A stretch of 53,498 bases of DNA from a virus (taxonomy: Duplodnaviria > Caudoviricetes), in the IMG/VR virus record IMGVR_UViG_3300031857_000256, positions 1 to 53,498 of that record. One strand, 5' to 3'. The position numbers and the translations under genes are program-made. Under the pieces are notes generated by a model. That model did not search any database. It saw only the letters and a list, made by a program, of their open reading frames with translations, and was not told where the DNA came from. Positions within the stretch are counted from its first letter, which is position 1. The number at the start of each line of letters is the position of its first letter. Of this stretch, positions 19,629-29,600 are shown piece by piece.

Positions 19629-20546
19629 ATGGCAGAAGTTTTTGTACCGTTAAACCGATTCCAGTCAGTAGTAACAAATCTGACTGGCGAGCAAGATGAA
19701 ATTTATATAACCCCGGCCGGAGTATCATCAATTGTGCTATCAGCGCAAATTACCAATAATGATTTAATAGTTCAGCCGGTTACGATATTGGTAACATCTA
19801 ATAGAGAATTACCTGTGCCAAGATTTGAAACAATATATAGTGGTAGTTCATTTATAAGTTCTTCTGTATCTTTATTAAATTTTAGCGGTAGTTTTGCTAG
19901 TGCATCTTTATTATTAAATGCAAATAGACAATTTTTAAGAAAAGAAATAGCAGCCTATACTCAAAACCAAAATAATTTATCGGAAACTCCATTTACCTTT
20001 ATATCATCATATTTTGAACAAAATACATTAGATGATGTGGATGCAATAAAATATGATATTGCAAATAACACAACTAGTAGAACAAATAAAGCGGCAAAAG
20101 CGTATTTTGATAAAAATGGGGTATCCGCAATCGCTTCAACTGAATATTCTGCATCAATATTTGCTTTAGATTATTTAAAAGTATTATCAAATCAAATTAT
20201 AAAAAATGAATCTGTAACGGGTTCTGCTCAAGTTGAATTAATATACCAAAACACGGTAACACAATCTATATTATCCGGATTCAATAATGGAACAAGTAAC
20301 GAAGTATCAGCATCTATATATGTAGTAAATTCTTTAGTAGATGTTATCAAAGCAACTATTGAAAGCCCTGTATTTGTTGAACAAGAACCGGTTAAATTGG
20401 TTACAAATGTAACAATACCGGCTGCGGATTCACTTTCACCGGTAGTTTCTGGTAAATTAGTATTAGAAGAAGGTTATGGTTTTATAGTTTCCGGCTCAAC
20501 AAATCTATCGGTAGTCCTATCTTTACTTGAATCTGCGAATGAATAA
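19629..20546 (+). CDS. Fibre adaptor-like protein (305 aa), paralogue of 33189..33521 with an inserted Cys-less globin-like repeat
   Basis: N-terminal (IYITPAGVSSIVLSAQITN) and C-terminal (LVTNVTIPAADSL...GKLVLEEG...VVLSLLE) parts align with the 110-aa protein. The middle resembles the cores of the 4182-aa protein. Confidence 0.7.
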   Translation: MAEVFVPLNRFQSVVTNLTGEQDEIYITPAGVSSIVLSAQITNNDLIVQPVTILVTSNRELPVPRFETIYSGSSFISSSVSLLNFSGSFASASLLLNANRQFLRKEIAAYTQNQNNLSETPFTFISSYFEQNTLDDVDAIKYDIANNTTSRTNKAAKAYFDKNGVSAIASTEYSASIFALDYLKVLSNQIIKNESVTGSAQVELIYQNTVTQSILSGFNNGTSNEVSASIYVVNSLVDVIKATIESPVFVEQEPVKLVTNVTIPAADSLSPVVSGKLVLEEGYGFIVSGSTNLSVVLSLLESANE

Positions 20547-20565
20547 CGATATATGTCAACCTATA

Positions 20566-20596
20566 ATATTTATAGGTGATTTTTTGAATATTTATA
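20566..20596 (+). promoter_or_regulatory. Putative late-promoter motif, two copies of ATATTTATA (20566-20574, 20588-20596)
   Basis: Recurrent intergenic 9-mer upstream of ATG 20616. Confidence 0.6.
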
Positions 20597-20615
20597 ACAA
20601 AGCTGGAAAGTACGA

Positions 20616-23600
20616 ATGGCAATTAGTAATCTTTTAACGGGTAGGGTTAGGGTTGTATCCCCAAAAAATGTAACACAGGACAGGTATCAATTTATTGATT
20701 TATCTCAAGTTGAACCCAATTTAGGTGTTCCAAACTTTTCTGCCTCATTATCAGGCTCTCCGGCTATCGTAGTTTCGGATGACCAGGGTAATAGAGGATT
20801 TGTAAGAAGTTTAGATTTAGATAGAGTAAGTGGACAATTTACAGGTTCATTTACCGGAAGTGCAGATTTAACTGGTTCTTTTAGAGGAGATTTTAGTGGA
20901 GATGGTTCAAAATTAATTAATTTACCAATTTCCGATACCGCACAAAAATTAGCATCTGCATCTTTTACCGCATCATTTAGTAGTGGTGGTCTTGATATCA
21001 ATACAAATACCAATATACAAGGTAATTTGTCCGTAACCGATGATGTAAGAATTGGTGGAAACTTATATGTTTCAAAATCTATATATGCAGACCAATTAAT
21101 TGTTAATGTAATATCATCTTCAATTATATATTCATCTGGTTCAAATAAATTTGGTGATGAATCAATTGATAAGCAAGAATTTACTGGTTCGGTTGAAATA
21201 AGAGATAGAGTTGGTGCAAATGAAATTACAGCATCTTCTATTTTGAGTCAGTTTACTGGTTCATTCTTTGGAGACGGTAGAGATTTAAAAAATGTTCCAG
21301 CTATATTATTAGCAAGTGGCTCGGTAACCGCTTCTATTGTAGGTGACCTTATTATATTCAATGCACAAAGTGCATCGTTTTTAGGTGGCGTACAAATTAC
21401 AGGTAGTTTATTATTAAACACAGGATCTGTTGTAATTGAATCGGGTTCTATTGTTGCAGCAAGGGGTGTTATCAATCAACTTACTGCATCTTCTATTATA
21501 AGCCAGTTTACTGGTTCATTCTTTGGAGATGGTAGAGATATATTCAATCTACCACAGGCTACAAAATTAGCAACGGGATCTGTAACCGCATCAGTTAGTC
21601 CTCAATTTGGATTTAAAGTAGAATCTATTTTAAGAGGTTCTGAATTTACTGGTAGCGTAGATGTATTAGGTAATATATCAGCATCTATGTTTAGTGGTAG
21701 TGGTAGAGGATTATTTGATATTCCACGTTCTGCTCTAACACCGGATGCATTAACATCTACCGAGATATCATCGGGTTCAGTAACGGCATCTGTGGCACCG
21801 GAATATGGATTTAGAGTTTTATCAATAGCAAGTGGTTCACACTTTAGCGGAAGTGCATATATTGATTCATCTTCTTTTATATACGCTGATGGTTCTAGAT
21901 TAAGAAACATACCAAGAAGTGCATTAACCGAAGATGCATTGGTTACTACCGAAATCAAATCTGGTTCAGTAACCGCATCGGTTGCACCCAATTACGGATT
22001 TAAAGTATTATCAATTGATAGTGGTTCGCATTTTAGCGGAAGTGTTTATATCGATTCTTCTTCATATCTTTATTCCGATGGTAGATATTTAAGAAACATA
22101 CCAAGAAGTGCATTGACTGAAGATGCGTTAGTTTCTACTGAAATTAAATCTGGTTCAGTAACAGCATCAGTTTCACCTGAATATGGATTTATTGTAACCA
22201 CTCCATTTAGTGGTTCCAGTTTTGGTTCTAGATTTACTGGTTCGGTTGATGTGAGTGGAAGTGTTAGAGCATTTTCATTTATTGGTGATGGTTCTCAATT
22301 AACAAATGTTGCATCGGTAGTTTCTCCGAGAATTGCAAGTGGTAGTGTAACTGCATCGGTATCACCAAATTTTGGGTTTGTAGTATTTTCACCAAATAGT
22401 GGGTCTCAATTTACAGGTTCACTTTTTGTAAGTGGAAATATAGAAATATATACGGGTTCTTTTTCTGGTAGTGGTAAATTATTGAGAGAAATTCCTGTAT
22501 CTGCTATACCTGATTTAGACCTTTCAAAAATAGGTAGTGGTTCTGTAACGGCATCTATAACGCCAAATAAAGGATTTACTGTAAATATATTTTCACAATT
22601 TAGTGGAAGTATGGTGGTATCTTCTTCTGTATTTGAAATACCTACTGCATCATTAGATACTGTTTTTGATGTAAGGAATGATGGAACTACCGCATATATT
22701 TTTAGTAATGCGGTAACGGGTTCTAATCCAACATTAACATTAGCTAGAGGAGTTCTATATACATTCAACTTAAATGCGGCGGGACATCCATTCTATATCA
22801 AAACCGTACAATCATCTGGTACTACAAACGCATATAATACCGGTGTAACTAATAATGGAGATGATGTGGGTGTTATAACATTCATTCCATCGGCCGGTGC
22901 TCCTGATACTCTTTACTATAACTGCCAATTACATTCCGCAATGGGTGGTAGAATTAATATTGTTGATAAAATAGTAAGACCTGCGGAAATTAAATTTATT
23001 GGAGATACTACTGTAACGGGTAGTTTATTTGTAAAAGATAGAATAGAAGCTAGAGAAATAAGTGCATCATTTAGTGGTTCATTTAGAGGAACTTTTGATG
23101 GAGATGGTTCTAATTTATTTAATTTACCATCTGCAACAAGATTGGCATCTGGTTCCATTACTGCATCGGTAAGTCCAGATAGAGGATTTGTTGTACAATC
23201 ACAAAATAGTGGTTCACAATTCACTGGTAGTATTAATGTAACTGGTTCCGTAACTGCAATTAACTTTATTGGAAGTGATTTTAGTGGTTCATTTCAAGGG
23301 GATGGTAGTAGATTAGTAAATCTTCCGTTACCTCAACCAAATAGAATTTTAGATGGACCAGTAACGGCATCGGTTTCATCTATTGATGGATTTGTTGTAA
23401 AATCTCAAGCAAGTGGTTCTCAATTTAGTGGAAGTTTAAGAATTAGTGGTAGTATATTTTTAGCATCTGGTTCTTTCTATTCTGGAAGTGGTAGAGGATT
23501 ATTTGATATTCCAAGAACCGCTTTAACTGAAGATGCGTTTTTAATTGATAGAATCGTAAGTGGTAGTGTAACTGCATCCGTATCACCTCAATTTGGATTT

Positions 23601-26600
23601 AGAGTTGTTTCGTATGATAGTGGTTCACAATTTACAGGAAGTTTAAATGTAAGTGGAAGCATATTTTTAGCATCTGGTTCTTTTTATTCTGGAAGTGGTA
23701 AAGGATTATTTGAAATTCCACGTTCTGCGATATCCGATTTAGATATATCATTAATATCATCTGGTTCGGCAACTGCTTCTATTTCACCTAACAAGGGATT
23801 ATTAGTTAATGTACCAACTACAATTAATGGATTTTTAGTTGTAACCGGTTCTACTGATATAAAAGCAAATTTAGTAGTAACGGGTTCTGCAATTATTAGT
23901 AGTTCTTTATTATCTAAAGGAGTTTCTAGATTTGAATCTGGAGTTTCTGCATCAGTATTTAGTGGTAGTGGTGCTGGGTTGACAGACATACCTTTTTCGG
24001 CATTATCACAAGAATTAACTAGAATTGCAACTGGTAGTGTAACGGCATCGGTTTTTCCTGATAAAGGATTTGTTGTAGAATCATTAAGAAGTGGTTCACA
24101 ATTTACCGGAAGTTTGAGAGTTAGTGGTAGTATATTTTTAGCATCTGGTTCTTTCTATTCTGGTTCTGGTGAAGGATTGTTTAATATTCCAAGAACCGCT
24201 TTAACACCGGACGCATTAGAATCAACATACATAGCATCAGGTTCTATAACAGCTTCGGTATCACCTAGATTTGGATTTAGAGTAGAATCTCTGGAAAGTG
24301 GTTCTCAAATTACTGGTAGTATAAGAATTAGTGGAAGTTTGTTTGCAACAAATGACTTAACGATTAGTGGTAGCGGAAATGTATTGGGAGATATTAATGT
24401 ACAAGGTGATGCAACGGTATCGTCTGGTTCTTTCTTTGTTGGAGATGGTAGATATCTATCAAACATAACATTAGCTAATTTAGCAATTGATTCAACAAAA
24501 ATATTTAGTGGTTCAGCAACCGCATCGGTATCACCAACTGAAGGATTTGAAGTAAATGTTCATTCTAGATTTGATGGAAGTTTTATAGTATCATCATCTG
24601 GAAGACCTACACCTGATTATTTAATTGATACAATTGTTAATGTAACAAACGATGGTTCAAATGCATATATAATAAGTAATGCTTCTATATCTGGTTCAAA
24701 CCAAACAATAACATTACAAAGAGGATTACAATATACATTTAATGTAAATGCATCTGGACATCCATTTTGGATTAAATACGTTAATTCTACCGGAACTATA
24801 TGGGAATATAGTGGAAGTATAACAAACAACGGAGAAGATAATGGAACAATACTTTGGACTCCACCATCTGGTTCTCCTAATGTTCTTTACTATAATTGCC
24901 AGTTACATAGTAGTATGGCTGGTCAAATAAATTTAATTGACTACACGGAAATACCGGCAGAAATTAAATTTATTGGTGAAACTAAAGTAGAAGGTAATAT
25001 AACCGCATCTATGTTTAGTGGTAGTGGTAAGGGATTGTTTGATATTCCTTTCTCAAACTTAACTGGTGATGCGTTTAGAATTGCAAGTGCAAGTGTAACA
25101 GCATCGGTTTCTCCAGATAGAGGATTTATTGTAGAATCATTCCAAAGTGGTTCTGGATTTAGCGGAAGTATTTATATAGATTCATCATCTTTCATATATT
25201 CAGAAGGTACTTATTTAAGAAACATACCAAAATCTGCACTTACGGAAGATGCATTAGTTTCTACTGAAATTAAATCGGGTTCTGTAACCGCATCGGTATC
25301 TCCTGATTTTGGATTTAAAGTACAAACTCCATTTACATCATCTGTATCTGAAAGTGTGTTTACAACACAAATTGCTTCACAATTTACCGGTTCGGTTTCA
25401 ATTAGTGGAAGTTTATTTGTTAATGATATTAGTGGTGGATTGTTTGTAGAATCCGGTTCATTTATTTACGCGGAAGGTACATATTTAAGAAACATACCAA
25501 AATCGGCAATTACTGAAGATGCATTATTATCTTCGTTTATTGTATCTGGTTCAGTAACAGCATCAGTTTCACCTGATTTTGGATTTAGAGTTGTAACACC
25601 ATTTACTGAATCGCAAGTGGGTTCTCAATTTACAGGAAGTGTTGATGTTAGTGGTTCATTAAGAGCATTTTTCTTAATAGGAGATGGTTCGCAGATTACA
25701 AACGTACAAGCAGCGGCATCTCCGTTGATAGCAAGTGGTTCGGCAACTGCATCGGTAGCAAGTGGTGATAGATTAGTAGTAACAACTGCTAAAACTGGTT
25801 CGGAAATTGGTTCTGAATTTACCGGTTCAATAGAAGTTAGTGGTAGTATAAGAGCAACCGATGATATATACGCAGACTTCTTCTATGGTGATGGTAGATA
25901 TATCACAAATGTAGTAGCCGCAGCGGCACCATTCATTGGAAGTGGTAGTGCAACTGCATCGGTAGCGGATGGTGAACGTTTTGTTGTAATTACTGCAAAA
26001 ACTGGTTCACAAATTGGTTCTGAATTTACTGGCTCTGTTGAGATTAGCGGTTCATTAATAGTAAAAGATGATGTAACTGCGGATTTCTACTTTGGTGATG
26101 GTAGATTCCTTACCAATGTACAAGCGGCGGCGGCACCATTGATTGCTAGTGGTAGTGCAACTGCATCGGTACAAAGTGGTAGAATATTTGAAGTAATTAC
26201 TAAAGCTCCATCTGGTTCATTTGGTTCTCAATTTACCGGTTCGGTAGCTATTAGTGGTGCATTATCAGCATCTTTATATCAAGGAGATGGTGGTGGATTA
26301 TTTAACATTCCTGCATCAGCACTTCAAAATCTTCAATTAGATAGAATTCAATCCGGTTCTGCTAGAGCAATTATAAGTCCTGATGAACTAAATGTAAACG
26401 TACCAATAACAGCGGCACTTTACATAGGTGATGGTGGTGGACTATTTAATATCCCTGCAAATGCATTGCAAGACCTTAAGTTAGATAGAATTATATCTGG
26501 TTCCGTAGAAGCTGTTATTTCTCCAAATAAAGGTTTAGAAATTAATACTAGAGTAAGAATCTTCTCTGGTTCGGCAGAAATAAGTGGTGGTTTATTTATA

Positions 26601-29600
26601 AGTGGTGGTAATGTTGTTCTACAAAGTGGTTCGGCATTCGTTGGAGATGGAAGTGGTTTAACAAACATTAATATCGCTAACTTAGCGTTTCAAACTCCAA
26701 TATTAAAGAGTGGTTCGTTTACTGCATCAATTTCACCGGATAATGGATTTGTTGTTAATACATCAGCTAGTATTTGGGGTAATGTATATGTGGGCAATGA
26801 TTTAAAAGTTGCACATAATATAAGTGCATCTAATACCATATCTGCACAATTATTTACTGGTTCATTTAGAGGAACATATACATTCCAAGGAGTTGGACCA
26901 ACTGCATCTGCGGACTACGATATTTTAAGATACAACGAAACGCAAGGATATTATATTCCACAACCAGAAACTTCATTAACTGAAACGGTATCGTTTAATA
27001 ATATAAGTGATTTAACAATCGTTCACAATTTGGGAATCAGATATCCAGTTGTTCAAGTTTACGCAACTGGTTCCGAAGACCAAATTTTACCTGGTACTAT
27101 TAAATCAATTGATGAAGATACAATTCAAATTATATTTGCTGGATTAACTTCCGGACATGTTGTAATCGGTAGTGGTGGTTCTTTAATACAAGGTACAATT
27201 CAAGGTGATAGAGTATTCGGTACCGTATTATCTGCATCATATGCATTTAAAGCATCTTTTGCAGATAATGTAGCTGGATTTGATTCTGCATCATTATCTC
27301 AATTATCGGCATCTTTAGGAGATACTGCACAATATATAAGAAATAATCAAACCGCATCAATGAGTGTTGGTAGAGCGGTTTCTGCATCATACGCACTAAC
27401 TGCATCTTATGTTGAGAATTTGAGTGGATTGAATTTGGTTGAATATGTAAGAAATGACCAAACATCTTCAATGACTGTATTGAGTTCATCATTTGCAATA
27501 TCTTCGTCTTACGCACTTTATGCAGCGAATGCGGCAAATGTTGATACATCTAATTTTGTATTGAACTCACAAACCGCATCTATGTTAGTAGGTACGGCTT
27601 CATTTGCATATACTGCGAGTGTTGCTCTATTTGCATTAAATGCGGCAAATACTGATACCGCATCGTTCTTACAAATTAATAAAGACCAAACTATAAATGC
27701 ATCACTTACTATTAGTGGAAGTATAGGTGTAAGTGGTAGTATAATTGGAAATGGTGCAATACAAATAAATAATTTACCAACTGGTTCATCTGAAGAAGTT
27801 GTAATTTGGAATAGTGTAACAAAAAGATTAGAAAGAAGAAACGTAGCAGCGGCTGTAGGTTCTTCTGGTACATCTGGTACCGAAGGCTCTGGAGGTACAT
27901 CTGGTACATCTGGTTCATCTGGTTCATCTGGAAGCAGTGGCACTGCAGGAAGTAGTGGTACATCCGGAGAAGATGGCACATCAGGAAGTTCTGGTACATC
28001 GGGAACTGCTGGAAGTTCTGGTTCATCTGGTTCATCTGGAAGTTCTGGAAGTAGTGGAACTGCTGGTTCATCTGGAAGTTCAGGAAGTAGTGGTTCATCT
28101 GGAAGCAGTGGCACATCAGGAAGTTCGGGAACAACCGGGTCAGCAGGAACATCTGGTACATCAGGAAGCTCTGGTTCATCTGGTACATCAGGAAGTAGTG
28201 GCACATCAGGAAGTTCTGGAACCACTGGTTCATCTGGTTCATCTGGTAGTAGTGGCACATCTGGAAGTGGAGGCACATCTGGAAGTAGTGGTTCATCAGG
28301 AACTTCTGGAACCGCAGGCACATCTGGAACATCTGGAACAACCGGGTCAGATGGCACATCTGGAAGTAGCGGCACATCAGGAAGTTCTGGTACATCTGGA
28401 ACATCTGGAAGTTCTGGCACGAGTGGTTCATCTGGAAGCTCGGGTTCTTCTGGTTCATCTGGAAGTGGTGGTACATCTGGTACGAGTGGCACATCTGGTT
28501 CAACTGGAACTGGAGGTTCATCTGGTACGAGTGGCACATCTGGCACGAGTGGCACATCAGGAAGTTCCGGTTCATCTGGTTCTTCTGGAAGTGGAGGCAC
28601 ATCCGGTACATCTGGTAGTGCGGGTAGTGGTGGCTCTGCAGGTTCATCTGGTACGAGTGGCACTAGTGGCACATCTGGTTCAACTGGTAGTGGTGGTTCA
28701 TCTGGTACAAGTGGAAGTTCTGGAACCGGAGGCACAGGTGGTTCTGCAGGTACTTCGGGTAGTTCTGGTAGTAGTGGCACATCCGGTTCAACTGGTTCCG
28801 ATGGTACTTCTGGTATAGATGGTTCATCTGGAAGTTCTGGTTCATCTGGTACATCTGGAGAAGATGGTACATCAGGAAGTTCTGGTACATCAGGAACTTC
28901 TGGAACTAGTGGCACAACCGGGTCAGCGGGTACTTCTGGTTCATCTGGAAGTAGTGGAAGTTCTGGTTCATCTGGTTCATCGGGAAGTTCGGGAAGTAGT
29001 GGTTCATCTGGTACAACTGGTTCTGATGGTACATCAGGTAGTTCGGGTTCATCTGGAAGTTCAGGAAGTAGCGGCACGAGTGGTTCATCTGGCAGTAGTG
29101 GTACAACAGGTTCATCTGGTTCATCGGGAAGTTCAGGAAGTAGTGGAAGTTCTGGTACATCTGGAACTGATGGCTCGACTGGTTCTGCAGGTACATCGGG
29201 AAGCTCTGGCACATCAGGCACAACTGGTTCAGAAGGTACATCTGGAAGTTCTGGAAGTAGTGGAAGTTCCGGACAAGATGGTACATCAGGAAGTTCAGGA
29301 AGTAGTGGTTCATCTGGTAGCTCTGGAAGCAGTGGAAGTTCTGGTACATCGGGACAAGATGGCACATCGGGACAAGATGGCACATCTGGAACTGATGGCT
29401 CAACTGGTACTGCAGGTTCGAGTGGCACATCGGGAAGTTCGGGTACAACTGGTTCAGAAGGTACATCAGGAAGTTCTGGTACGCAAGGAAGTAGTGGTTC
29501 ATCTGGAAGTTCTGGAAGTGCTGGTTCATCTGGCTCATCTGGAAGCAGTGGCACATCTGGAAGTACTGGTTCTTCAGGATTAAATGGAACATTCTTCGGC

